A stretch of DNA of 64,000 bases from Candidatus Uhrbacteria bacterium (GTDB taxonomy: Bacteria; Patescibacteriota; Patescibacteriia; GWA2-47-26). A model generated the notes under the pieces. The model worked only from the letters and a program-made list of their open reading frames with translations. It did no database searches and was not told where the DNA came from. The position numbers and the translations under genes were made by a program. Positions within the stretch are counted from its first letter, which is position 1; every line of letters begins with the position of its first letter. The stretch is from positions 68,046 through 132,045 of the forward strand of contig JACPJN010000007.1 of assembly GCA_016187515.1 (NCBI GenBank), in the 5' to 3' direction. Shown piece by piece: positions 22,801 to 30,181 of this stretch.

Positions 22801-24813
22801 GGCATCCGGAGAAAGCACGGTAAAGGGAAGGGCGTTGGAGGGAACTTTTTCGGTGTTTTCAACTTGCACCTGGGTTGGGCCAAATGCCAGCGCCGGCACG
22901 CGGCTTAAAATGGCAGTCGCGGACCAGGCGTCCACGGCGCCCGGCTGTCCGCCAAACCGCGCTTGCGCCCGCAGAATCTGCTTGCCCAGGCGGCGGGTCT
23001 GCTCGCCAAACTGCACACCGGTAATATTCACTGGCGCATTCCAAAGCCCGGCGATTGGATTCACGCTGCAAATCCCGGGGTGCTCCACCTCGTTTACTTC
23101 AAATAAACCGGTCGGAGTTGACGATCCGCGCGGCGGGGGATGAACCGGAACGATCGGGCCCCGCGAGTCATTGCTGGTGTCGCGGCACAGATTATCATTG
23201 TCCGCACACCCATCAGCGACCACCGTAACCGGCCCGACCTGCGCGCCCTCCGGAAGACCGACTAAAATATAATTATCAGACCAGGTCGTGTTACCCGCGC
23301 AGGCCTCCGGAGCTTGAGCGCGGACTCCGTTATGGAAAAATGCCGCGCCCGGGGTCTGGCCAAAATTTAATCCGGCGACCGTCACGAGTGTCCCGGCTTT
23401 ACCGTCTCCCGGAGAAATGCCGGTAATCGTCAAGGGCGTAGTGCACTCTTTATCTCCATCACCATCTAGATCCGTGCAAACCCCGCCGGAACATTGGATA
23501 TTATCCGTACAACTGCTGCCGTCGCACAATCCGCAGCCGGAGGGGCCGTCTGCCGCGCTATCGCAATTCGGCCCATCTTCATCATCATCTTGAAGCGGGA
23601 ACCCTAACTGGTCGCGATTAAAGCAGTGACTGGGACGGACGATCACCCGCACCGGAGCAGACCATACCGCGTTATCATCAATATCAAAAGCGCGCGCGCG
23701 CAACTGATGCTGGGCCGGAGCCGGCGGATTCGCCGGAAAACATGGTAAGGTTAAAATAATTTCCAGCGGATAAGTGCCTTCCGGCGGAGTAAGCAGGCCG
23801 TCTAGAAGTGCCGTCCCATCCGCATAGATTTCCACGTGCTCCACTCCCCCATCATCTTTGACTCTGACCTGAACCGGCACGCAAGTGTCCACTTCCACTG
23901 CCGCGCCGTCATCCGGCGACTCAATAGTTACTTCCGGCGGCGCCACATCAATAATACTTCCCGAACGAAACTCTACCCGACAAGTTGGCGCAAATCCGCC
24001 GCAAAGCAAATCCCGGCCATCAAAGCGTTTGACGCCGTCCGCCCCGTCTCGGATCTGCACCACAAATTCAGTATCCGCGTCAAAACAGCGCCGATCTTGA
24101 TTCGGTTCCGGACACGCCGCGGATGGGCGCAATTCTACGATATTGCCAACCACGGCCGCCGGCTCCAAGGCAACCGCTGCGCCGCTGTCTTTGCGCGTAA
24201 GGTTCAGATTTCCGGCCAGGGTCTCCGGGTCGGGCGCGCCGCTAAAAAATACCCGTACCACAATGTTGCGAATCGGCACCGCTCCGGAAGGGGCAATGCG
24301 CCGCACGATAAACGCGTCGGACGGTAAAAACGGGCAATCCGGTCCGGGACAGCGAACATCCGCGGGAATCGTGAGCGGCCCTCCGGCCGCTAACTGTAAA
24401 CGATTCAATACGAATTGGACAATTCCAAACGCCGAAAGAATAATCGCGAGTCCAATCACGGAATTAACCAGCACTTTTTTGGCCTTGTCAATTTGCTCTT
24501 CATTGCCGGCCGAAGTCAGCCATAAAAAACCGCCGTAAAGAATCAAGGCCACGGCCACCAGACCGAGAAAACCCAGCGCCACGCGAATGATGCGCGCCAC
24601 AATCACTCGCGGATCAGCCGTGGGCAAAATCAGTCCGGCTTGCCCGGGAACCGCCGCGATCTCTGCGCCGGTTTGAATCTGGGAAGGCAGCGGCACGCCT
24701 TGAGCCAGCGCCGTCGGAATGGAGAATGCAGAATGAAGAATGAAGAATAAGAAAATCACTACAAACCAGCGAAATATCCATCGGCAATGTTCAATCCGGC
24801 ATTCTAAATTCAT
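13822..24813 (-). CDS. Giant 3663-aa surface protein: N-terminal CPR pilin-like TM domain, Ig-like/IPT domains, many DUF4215-type Cys-rich repeats, pseudopilin-like segment
   Basis: GGFLWLTSAGNEEQIDKAKK; repeated CGNG..E.GE.CDDGN...GDGCS..C; RDLLRL.HI..IQSALEDY....GRYP. Confidence 0.85.
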   Translation of the reverse strand: MNLECRIEHCRWIFRWFVVIFLFFILHSAFSIPTALAQGVPLPSQIQTGAEIAAVPGQAGLILPTADPRVIVARIIRVALGFLGLVAVALILYGGFLWLTSAGNEEQIDKAKKVLVNSVIGLAIILSAFGIVQFVLNRLQLAAGGPLTIPADVRCPGPDCPFLPSDAFIVRRIAPSGAVPIRNIVVRVFFSGAPDPETLAGNLNLTRKDSGAAVALEPAAVVGNIVELRPSAACPEPNQDRRCFDADTEFVVQIRDGADGVKRFDGRDLLCGGFAPTCRVEFRSGSIIDVAPPEVTIESPDDGAAVEVDTCVPVQVRVKDDGGVEHVEIYADGTALLDGLLTPPEGTYPLEIILTLPCFPANPPAPAQHQLRARAFDIDDNAVWSAPVRVIVRPSHCFNRDQLGFPLQDDDEDGPNCDSAADGPSGCGLCDGSSCTDNIQCSGGVCTDLDGDGDKECTTPLTITGISPGDGKAGTLVTVAGLNFGQTPGAAFFHNGVRAQAPEACAGNTTWSDNYILVGLPEGAQVGPVTVVADGCADNDNLCRDTSNDSRGPIVPVHPPPRGSSTPTGLFEVNEVEHPGICSVNPIAGLWNAPVNITGVQFGEQTRRLGKQILRAQARFGGQPGAVDAWSATAILSRVPALAFGPTQVQVENTEKVPSNALPFTVLSPDAGTLPIITTVVCAGAPEDNPARGGPGAGCTISGRNFGDTPGMVWFVTSDGRGVQGNVDFPSQCGSSWWSPIQITVKVPRILDIHDADEDGSASDLLFDDGAYLYVQRYDRQQSSPKDFDVLDQESAAPFLACIEPASGPTFTNVSIFGDRFGSAPASGRGALFTARRSSADQSWAPTLPATLTNVGGIRLDACPRGGWDAQEVCAQVPGNTVAGTPAGEVIIQNDFPQAGGGQITRASNLRTFLVGDCRLPAPDEARLDCAALGGLTCCGDGTCRADCAGAQPGESAFAWQFTTSQAPLTPTVFEGCDKAADAEGFPQYPPSPSPAVESGRGSNTGVCVNAAVAVSFNPDARVDPATLNSQTIKLQKCTAPTELLNGADTTFGSPNFTADTAVWGRPPEPTLDPPTNLRHEDLLGVETVLGAGRGASSADPGNFALALTKLDNDTGPGWRDTRGLQQNYEHWFGYQANAIADTSGKIYTATAWMKAVDAAGAGKRAGILIQRAGGADGMRCGGISGGVACTADTGCASQTNAGQRTCLATRGFWQKVRSEITLTNEWQPVSVTMTFDASPNGNAPGYVRVFLEGDPYEVGEEASSGEDFAVYVDDVQIEGEACSQVEDQALGRKFGPYSGGLGFSFWLSDNFSAGSWYRVVLLGGTGGITAQDRGALQGQPMIPLPDGLSRCGDARAAYCFAFQTKNESNPDNNLCQVGGIAVVPSPYEATTENEPIDYLAIPVALDDPCVVPSSDDYSWAWDVYDTENPERAAVTYNSSGISPAIGKACSEDAECAIGYSHCSNNYDAPCQVDADCGGQPNTCVTEACVGGYCKHMPWTVTVIALEDTQGEEIRVRAHTPPQPPRTTGFGKLKISFMDPQVIQWWPACGEACTNAKIAARFNVAMFTSSNTLHPQSVTNVQNALLWAVPCGNGSVETGEECDDGNTTSGDGCSAVCLNEGSNFSLRCGDGRACRNASECGPGESCQGGRCLDRGEDCDDGNLENGDGCSSQCLNEGTGPALCGNGKINPGEECDNDRNRQAGDGCSAQCLREGTSSNFAVCGNSRLEAGEECEVNFDHEFASWCDPQDCLRRGNPVSPLLCGNGQIDPGEECDPNSPLLNTPAKRNLCTSICQWTGTRRPSSAGGQGCGNGRIELGEDCDDGNLRPGDGCSEVCVNEGSIAAGSVPACGDGILASEAEDCDDGNTNAGDGCSPNCLNEGTRFAQCGNGLREYAEDCDDGNRLSGDGCLPQCLNEGSEPALCGNGVLDNGEDIGCDGGERDPLCTVRCLKPGRLAERVLSPALSWKSAENTLEIGLTDNPATSAREDLLLPNTFYRVLLKGGSAGLHSSRRDSSVPGKPLAGLNFSYNWAGRDAITGAMLAPGPGKCAGAQCNTFSWTFKTGASSCQVDRVELSPPQAALYLIGARASFSAEPRSAPDACDPQGQRLNSLSYDWGWKIDDPELEEDDRVAGVVGNTMIAGVVRTGVDRLPSCGNGVREYAEDCDDGNLIDGDGCLAQCLNEGSSAGILGRFACGNGIIDPGEECDPPGLPGCTASCLHAGALARCVAPEQTNCCGSGGDPEPGNGEDCDDGNVLPGDGCSTQCRNEGTSRATTCGNGQIDRGEECDPEDQQRYRDLLGAPLLSEFCDPATCLLKGTLPVSTCGNGLVEAGEECDQLNNRANGDGCSSRCLNEGTPSPFCGNGRIDRFEDCDDGNTAAGDGCSARCLNEGTVAESPRRIDPIQQARALGIRKFCRKETGEFKEPRAPCSSNGNCTDENFPVCAPPNPWSTVAVEAAVEGQAGAPGSASITVFCVARSEADCPTPGQGPSEAVGRGSDNCCYLRPKIVERVPGINTPDACPNGLLEVTFDQPMDSANLDQAIGIAKRVENTATCPDGLTLQGRARNSVWCADPSLSLKASVESAAQGSRLVLQPSRILDNATDYQITIAGDPNLNDLIASGVRSIFGVAFRGPAAEGGTDSSWNFTTGSEICTVENVRVNVTGADEAVSIFEGEGGAGFSRPGQQAQVRAEALSSSGQALQRTTGYSWAWSWRSAENTVASVTNEPDPINAADPINADPDQTVTAGNRNGETDVNATATITDASALPQPEDHQDAVREGSAEFITTLCENPWPSRIEHPLPRFEDREGALLGGGDPMNFRTWYCRDSGEEGLAGDLPALIYPGAIRPPAAGADEGAPVTLDTFRIATSHTGPAPLKEYLLVESAEKQQAIGIRVFPNPRRLPVRTWYEQMGFTGTPAPINPGVDGYEAIRDRNTVYVAGTNAVTDRYVPTLKVVYSNIYVLSLSENAPSAMQQVFDQFVSNFQLNVNVENSNRDKLRRDLLRLNHISSIQSALEDYRNTHGRYPPLQAGTFIRSMSTSKWPSWQATLGATLGASLPQDPLNSFAPGCAAIPGERGQFDPATCWNEQTQTYRCPAGSHVYQYRAIGAVDYELGVDFELLYRPPAPGQSRWEVFNFDPAGTNLLTPSNCSWVSAPGAPAGGLWSNATATCGNGILERGECLPDGTCANYPGVSCGVNNCQEFCEVGQEEVQQARWFGYCGDPGAPFEGGFRQRCNPETGVISTAPRFPDSGSTCTLHARGSSCVPLRSCSLNPSKECVNDENCADNEGVCILSSQCQAVRACTNRCEWNDAPQVTDWQIWGGSQNPTSNLDICQGGVICGNGIREGSEVCDDGLLNGQYGKCNTVCARTCIGGPNQGNICTEDNNCFPWGQCSATALSAYCGDGTRNGPEVCDSTNSSGAACVNGDYGCCRFDCSGPGARCGDNEIQEEWNEQCEAGDTRQSPQVCMWVWGASDFGKPCRQDSDCDTSFGSCKFTGPIQWDGTHVYDSQQFTEPEGYPYLWRQACRSGGPCRWGGLTTVAQGQCGNGAREGNEQCDDGTTNDGQNDAAENADGCINDCKHAKCGDGFNQGLVCVGTGDRNRDGVTCRRDQDCGRGRCTDPEECDEGTSNGTRCTPGYGLVGCTYCDNQCNISTLSGGVLVEEGAALD

Positions 24814-24832
24814 AATTCTTCATTCTCAATTC

Positions 24833-26875
24833 TCAAAATCCGCACGGCCCAGCTTGCGCCACGCCATTGCAACAATAAGGAGTGGCTGCCGTGAGATCTC
24901 CTTGACACTCGCCTGACGGGAAATAACAATTCTGGAAAAGATCTTTAACGTCCGAGTCAATCCGACTGGTATAATCGGTTTCTTCCCAAAGTCCGCCGTT
25001 TAAAATATCCGCCCGGGTTTGTCCATACGGGAAATCATCCAAATCCTCGGCCAGATTTTGACTGCCCACAGTCCACCAAGTGTCCCAGAACCCGCCGGTT
25101 AGCTTATCAGTGCCGGCCAAGTTCAGATTTCTGGAATTAAGCGTCGCGGCCGCCATGGCTCGGTTAAAGGTAATGCCCAAGGTCGTCTGTAAAGGCACTC
25201 CCGGCGTAACTGCACCGGCGGTCACCGTGGGAGTCGTGAGCGTTACCTCGGGCGCCCCGAGCAAAATCTCGTGGGAAGTATAAAATGACCAACGCACGTT
25301 ATCACCTCTGGCCGGATTTTCCGCGTTACGGCTAAAGAAAGTCGTCTCTGCTAAATCACCCGGGCCTTGCGCGGCGCCATTGCCATTGCCATCCAGCGAA
25401 TTGCCCGCGACATCTTCTATGCCGTCCAAGCCACCGGACGAGGTCGGACCGCCTTGGGAAGACAGCGTGGCGGCCAGGACCTCCCCGCGAATCTGACGGC
25501 CGCCCGGCAAGCAAAACACGTCTCCGCCGCAAGAATTAACCGCGCACCGATCTTGACTGATAAATTCCGCGGTCTGGTATTGATTGGCCAGCTCAAACCG
25601 ACCGGCCACAAAACGATACTGATTATCCGGGGCTGGCTCGGAGACCCGCATGATCTGATAGGTTCCCTTCTTAATCTCCCCTTGGTCAGTAACCGCGGTT
25701 ACTCCCGAGGCCACGGTCGGCAGAATCGGTTCGCTGAAATTAATCTGGACAATGGAGTTGCGCGGAACATCTTTTCGGCAGGGCGGACTGGCGCACGCGC
25801 TTTCATCTCCGGCATTATCCGGCAGCGGAATTACGCTGGTGATGCGCGGCGGAGTCAAATCTAAAAAGGTGCCGACTTCAAACGACCACTGATAATCCGG
25901 AAAGCGCCCGGCAAACGCGGGTAGGCCGTTTAAGAGTTTAATCCCCTCCCGCCGACAATTACCTCCGCGGGAAGCGGTGCCGCATAAATAGACCGTGTAG
26001 GGGGTGTCTTCTTCCGCGCTGCCAAAATAAGCCCGCTGCGCGTGGTTATCGCGAGATACCGGCGTGAGCACCAAAGTGCGCAAATCGGTAAAACTTACCA
26101 GCACGTCCGCGTCTCCGGCCGCGCTTCCCAAATACCGATCCTTATCGCTTTCGCGCACCGAACCCTCAATATCGGCGGTGCGGATAATTTGAATCGCGTC
26201 CGGACGCAGCGTCAGTCCCGGAACTGACTTACGTGTATCAATTACGCCATCTTGATCCGCGTCCACCGCGTCAAAATACTGCGGGTTACCTTGCGCGTCT
26301 TTTGCGAGAGTATCCGCAAAACTCGCCGGATCAACCGCGTCTTTAAAAGTAATCAAAATTCGCACGTTGCGCGGAACTCCGCGTTGTCCGCGAGTGGGAT
26401 AATGGCTCTCCACCATGCCGGAACCGAGCGCTCCTCCGCCAACTCTTGCGGCGGCAGCGGAGGGCGGCGGCAAGGGCGGCGCCTCCAATCCGGAGGTCAG
26501 CGCGCGCAGCACAAACAAAACAATGCCATAAGCCGAAAGAATAATCGCGAGCCCAATGGTCGCGTCAATCAACACCTTTTTGGCTTTTTCAATCTGCTCT
26601 TCATTGCCGGCCGAGGTCATCCAAAGATACCCGCCCCAAAGAATTAAGATGAGCGCCACGACCCCTAAAAACCCTAATGCCACTTGAATGATCTTAGCCA
26701 CAATCACCCGCGGGTCACTCACGGGCAAGATCAGTCCGGCCTGCCCGGGGACTGCCGCGATCTCCTCCCCGGTGCGGATCTCGAGGGTAGGCGGAATTTG
26801 CGCCGCGACAAAAACCGGCCATACCAAAAGTACGCCTAGGGCTATGGTAATGATTATCGCCTGAAATCGACGCAT
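24833..26875 (-). CDS. Pilin-domain plus Ig-like surface protein, N-terminal paralog of the giant protein
   Basis: Shares EIAAVPGQAGLILP..DPRVIVA.II.VALGFLG...TSAGNEEQI.KAKK; PRN..(I/V).I.F Ig-like starts. Confidence 0.82.
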   Translation of the reverse strand: MRRFQAIIITIALGVLLVWPVFVAAQIPPTLEIRTGEEIAAVPGQAGLILPVSDPRVIVAKIIQVALGFLGVVALILILWGGYLWMTSAGNEEQIEKAKKVLIDATIGLAIILSAYGIVLFVLRALTSGLEAPPLPPPSAAAARVGGGALGSGMVESHYPTRGQRGVPRNVRILITFKDAVDPASFADTLAKDAQGNPQYFDAVDADQDGVIDTRKSVPGLTLRPDAIQIIRTADIEGSVRESDKDRYLGSAAGDADVLVSFTDLRTLVLTPVSRDNHAQRAYFGSAEEDTPYTVYLCGTASRGGNCRREGIKLLNGLPAFAGRFPDYQWSFEVGTFLDLTPPRITSVIPLPDNAGDESACASPPCRKDVPRNSIVQINFSEPILPTVASGVTAVTDQGEIKKGTYQIMRVSEPAPDNQYRFVAGRFELANQYQTAEFISQDRCAVNSCGGDVFCLPGGRQIRGEVLAATLSSQGGPTSSGGLDGIEDVAGNSLDGNGNGAAQGPGDLAETTFFSRNAENPARGDNVRWSFYTSHEILLGAPEVTLTTPTVTAGAVTPGVPLQTTLGITFNRAMAAATLNSRNLNLAGTDKLTGGFWDTWWTVGSQNLAEDLDDFPYGQTRADILNGGLWEETDYTSRIDSDVKDLFQNCYFPSGECQGDLTAATPYCCNGVAQAGPCGF

Positions 26876-27033
26876 GTAATCCCAGATTATGCTCAAATTT
26901 CCTAATGATTAGTATAGCATAAAATAAAAAACCCCGCACCAGCCGTCTACGCAGGGCGCGGGCTCCGAGGAGTAGGGACAAAGTGCTGGTTTCATCCGGC
27001 CTAGGTCCCACAAACCCCGAGAAACAGACGGAA

Positions 27034-27252
27034 CTATCCACCTGCAAATACTCTGAAGCCATGTGACATGAGTTCTGTCTCTGCTGGAGTGGCTGTGCAC
27101 AGACCGTACAAGAAGGCGGTGAGCACTACCGTGATAAACGCACTGCTAGAGAGATTGGGATACCTCTCTACGAAGGCAATCACTACCCAGACCAGCAATC
27201 CAGTACCGGGGAACATAAGGAGCAAACCTAGACCTTCATCGAGATTCGCCAT
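27034..27252 (-). CDS. Small two-TM hypothetical protein
   Basis: GAGGAGG SD before ATG 27252; two hydrophobic segments. Confidence 0.5.
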   Translation of the reverse strand: MANLDEGLGLLLMFPGTGLLVWVVIAFVERYPNLSSSAFITVVLTAFLYGLCTATPAETELMSHGFRVFAGG

Positions 27253-27352
27253 GGAGACCTCCTCGATTATCAGTGTACAAAAGAAGATGATAAATGTCAA
27301 CGCATACTTTCTGCCGTTCCACCTCACCCATCCATACGACACAAAAACAACC

Positions 27353-27388
27353 TAACAAAATAAGGTCCGGCCGGACCTTATTTTGTTA
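27353..27388. repeat. 36-bp perfect palindrome, copy 1
   Basis: TAACAAAATAAGGTCCGG|CCGGACCTTATTTTGTTA. Confidence 0.97.
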
Positions 27389-27500
27389 TACACAGTTTTG
27401 ACTTATTTTAGACAATTTTATACTTTAGACTATCGACTCCTTTCAATCACGGCGTCCTCCACTCCCTAATCACACTCCTTTGTGATATAATTCCTACACT

Positions 27501-28103
27501 ATGTCCGGCGCACCTCCTACACAATCCGCACAATCAAAAGAGCGGCTCGCTGATGTGCGGGATTATCTTCATGGTCTTGCGGAATGGGCGGAGTGGGCAA
27601 GCTCGGGTAAGGCCTGGATGAGCATCGCAGAGTATCAGGATTGGAAACGCCGCGAGATCATGAGAGAGAAAAAAGAAATGCTCTATGAACTAAAGCGTCG
27701 TAAATGGATTGAAACTAAAACCATCGGTAAGCGACTGGTGGGACGGCTCACCGAAGCCGGATGGCAGATGGCGCTGCGAAATCGGATACGGAACGAGGAC
27801 AAAAAATGTACCAGCGGTAACTGTTTTATAATTTTTGATATTCCCGAATCACAACGGTATATACGAAAACTGTTAAGACAGTTCATCAAAGAATGCGGCT
27901 TCAAGCGATTACAACATAGTGTATGGATTACTGACAAAGATGTGGCAAAACCTCTCCTACTCCTTCTTCAACGCCGCAAACTCAATCGCTGGGTCCAGAT
28001 AATCCAGGGTCACGTACTTACCTCTTCCACAATCGACACTATCCGAGCTATAAGGACCACTGCAAATACGAATACTTCTCATTTATATCATCCAACAAAA
28101 TAA
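27501..28103 (+). CDS. PaaX-like protein (wHTH plus Cas2-like ferredoxin domain)
   Basis: LKRRKWIE...RLTEAG wing; FDIPE..R..R..LR....GF..LQHSVW. Confidence 0.8.
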   Translation: MSGAPPTQSAQSKERLADVRDYLHGLAEWAEWASSGKAWMSIAEYQDWKRREIMREKKEMLYELKRRKWIETKTIGKRLVGRLTEAGWQMALRNRIRNEDKKCTSGNCFIIFDIPESQRYIRKLLRQFIKECGFKRLQHSVWITDKDVAKPLLLLLQRRKLNRWVQIIQGHVLTSSTIDTIRAIRTTANTNTSHLYHPTK

Positions 28104-28128
28104 GGTCCGGCCGGACCTTATTTTGTTG
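28093..28128. repeat. 36-bp perfect palindrome, copy 2
   Basis: CAACAAAATAAGGTCCGG|CCGGACCTTATTTTGTTG; contains the ORF's TAA. Confidence 0.97.
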
Positions 28129-28151
28129 CTAACCTTACATACTAGAATACT

Positions 28152-28556
28152 ATGTTGTTCTGGCAACGAAAACCCAAAGAACCGGATTGGTCATCCCGAC
28201 GCGAGGTGGGCGCCTGGGGCGAGCGCGTGGCGCTCGACTACCTCAAGAAAAAAGGGTATCGCATTCTAAATCAGCACTGGACGCACCGGATTGGCGAGAT
28301 TGACATTGTGGCGCAAAAAGATCAGCGCGTAATATTCGTAGAGGTCAAAACCCGCACCAATCTCCGCTTCGGTACCCCGGAGGAAGGCATCGGCTGGCAC
28401 AAACAGCAGAAACTCCGCCGCACTGCCAATGTCTATATGTTGAAACACAAACTTGTCGACGTCCCTTATCAAATTGATGCCCTGGCGATTATTCGCGACA
28501 TCTTACTCCAAGAAACAAAAATTCGCCATCTTGAAAATGTGATCGAAGGACGCTAA
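28152..28556 (+). CDS. yraN: YraN family (UPF0102) endonuclease-like protein
   Basis: G..GE..A..YL.KKGYRIL, GEIDIVA, FVEVKTR. Confidence 0.92.
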   Translation: MLFWQRKPKEPDWSSRREVGAWGERVALDYLKKKGYRILNQHWTHRIGEIDIVAQKDQRVIFVEVKTRTNLRFGTPEEGIGWHKQQKLRRTANVYMLKHKLVDVPYQIDALAIIRDILLQETKIRHLENVIEGR

Positions 28557-29251
28557 CCCGGCGGACTCTTCCGCTCAATCATAATGTCGTGGAAAATTTT
28601 TTCTTGTTTTACTTCAATTAAGCGCTGTTTGCAAAGCTCAAGCAGCGCCAGGAAACTGACAATCACTTCGGTCTTGTCGCCGGCCTGACCGCCCACGAAA
28701 CTCCTGAACGAGGTAGTGAGTTTTTCAAGGATTAAATCGCGCAGTTTTTGGATCCGTTCGGAAATAGAGATCGCTTTCATCACCATGGTTTTGGGGATGC
28801 GCACCAAGGGTTCCAGGGTTTTAATCACGGCCAGAAAGGCCTCGCGCAATCCGCCCGCTTTTAACTTTTGCGGCGGACGAAATACGCGCTCCACCGGCAT
28901 TTTTTCCCGGAAATACACAAAATGTTTCTGCTTGATCATTTGTTCAATTACGCGCGATGCATCATGGTACAGCTTTAACAGTTTAAGCTGGGACTCAAGC
29001 GCCGGCCCTTCGTCTTCCAACGGCAAATTCGGAAACAGCGCTTGCGATTTGATAAGCAGAAGTTTGGAAGCCGTGAGCAAAAAATCCGCCACCTCTTCCG
29101 GCGGCAGCTTCGCGGCCTTCACATGCTCCACAAATTCATCCGCGATCTTCGCGAGCGACACCTTGGTAATATCCAACTCCTCCTCCTCAATCATGGAAAG
29201 CAGCAAATCCAACGGCCCTTCGAATTGTTCTACTTTTACGGCAAACGGCAT
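28553..29251 (-). CDS. scpA: Segregation/condensation protein A
   Basis: FEGPLDLLL, LL.IKS..L, FLALLEL.K. Confidence 0.93.
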   Translation of the reverse strand: MPFAVKVEQFEGPLDLLLSMIEEEELDITKVSLAKIADEFVEHVKAAKLPPEEVADFLLTASKLLLIKSQALFPNLPLEDEGPALESQLKLLKLYHDASRVIEQMIKQKHFVYFREKMPVERVFRPPQKLKAGGLREAFLAVIKTLEPLVRIPKTMVMKAISISERIQKLRDLILEKLTTSFRSFVGGQAGDKTEVIVSFLALLELCKQRLIEVKQEKIFHDIMIERKSPPG

Positions 29252-29431
29252 ATCCGACTTTTTCTCCCCCTTAGGTTAAGGGGGAGCTAGAGGGGGTTAC
29301 GAATCATCCATAACTCCCCCTACCCCCTCTTACCTTAAGAGGGGGAAATTATTTGATGCATTGTACCAAACCCCGGCGCTATTGACAAAAAATGTGGGGG
29401 CGTGGTAGAGTCGTGGTTAAGGAGGAAAACG

Positions 29432-29707
29432 ATGCAACTATACGATCCGCGCAAAGGCGAATATGTCAAGCTGCAGAGCCGTGACCGAATCGTAGTAGAA
29501 CTAGATCAGGGTACGGTCTATTTCGAACGCAATGGCGCTGCCCTGTTCATGGCCCCCGGCGGACAAAAGTGGCGCATTCTCACGCGCTCTATGACACACC
29601 TGGAGGCTAATAATCTCATCATGGGCCTGGCCCAACTCGCGGGAATGGCCGTGATCACGCCTACCGGTGAACTCGGGGGAAACATCCGGAGCGCAACCTT
29701 ACTCTAA
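29432..29707 (+). CDS. Hypothetical protein
   Basis: AAGGAGG SD, upstream TTGACA..TGGTAGAGT promoter, downstream hairpin plus T-run. Confidence 0.6.
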   Translation: MQLYDPRKGEYVKLQSRDRIVVELDQGTVYFERNGAALFMAPGGQKWRILTRSMTHLEANNLIMGLAQLAGMAVITPTGELGGNIRSATLL

Positions 29708-29791
29708 GAAAAGCGCTAGCTCTACATCTCTGACACCTTCCCACTCCCCGCCCGCCCCGCGATCACGATCGCCGGGCGGCGTTTTTTTATC

Positions 29792-29862
29792 AAAACCAAA
29801 ACCCCGCTTGCGCGGGGATTGGAAAAACTCTACAGGTTTGCAGTTTGCCCGGTTTGTCAACC
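29792..29862 (-). ncRNA. Small partner RNA A (5' end complementary to tRNA-like RNA A; possible tmRNA-like mRNA domain)
   Basis: GGUUGACAAACCGGGC-AAACU-GCA AAC CUG UAG...CCCCGC-GCAA-GCGGGG-UUUU; bounded by own promoter and terminator. Confidence 0.7.
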
Positions 29863-29868
29863 ATTATT

Positions 29869-29897
29869 ACCATACCACGGTTGCCATAGTATGTCAA
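29869..29897 (-). promoter_or_regulatory. sigma70 promoter of partner RNA A
   Basis: TTGACA (29897-29892), 17 nt, TG-n-TATGGT (29874-29869); predicted +1 at G29862. Confidence 0.75.
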
Positions 29898-29922
29898 GTA
29901 TCAGTTATCCCCATAGGGGCAC

Positions 29923-29991
29923 TGGAAGTGCGGGGAATTGAACCCCGAGAGCCCTGGCTGACAAACCGGGCTCTGCGAACCTGCCACTCCC
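29923..29991 (-). ncRNA. tRNA-like RNA A (tmRNA tRNA-like-domain type, Ala identity)
   Basis: Acceptor GGGAGUG/CACUUCC+A with G3.U70; T-arm CGGGG-UUCAAUU-CCCCG; no D-stem (GCAGGUUCGC); arm AGAGCCC/GGGCUCU with 13-nt loop; CCA not encoded; extended -10 TGGTAAACT at 30012-30004. Confidence 0.8.
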
Positions 29992-30181
29992 AATGCCGTG
30001 CATAGTTTACCACACATGCACAAACGTCACTACCTTAAATGCTCACTTTTTCTTTCGCCCGTACACGCCAAGTTTGCCACCGCTCGCTTTTCCGCCTCTC
30101 GAGCCACCGCGCATACCATTCGGTTCAGTGGCACCCGCACACTCGGCGGACTTCGCCAGTCGAGATGTACTGCCACGAGAA

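Noticed and set aside
26930-27030. Self-cleaving ribozyme in the structured 3' region
   Set aside because: Stems are present but no hammerhead, HDV or twister core was found; treated as a terminator region.
27353-28128. CRISPR array with cas2
   Set aside because: Only two repeats separated by a whole gene, no spacers, no cas1; the protein has an N-terminal wHTH.
29923-29991. Ordinary tRNA-Asp(GUC), since the loop contains UUGUCAG and aspS is nearby
   Set aside because: No D-arm, no 5-bp stem/7-nt loop geometry, discriminator A rather than G, and G3.U70. Copy B has an unrelated loop.
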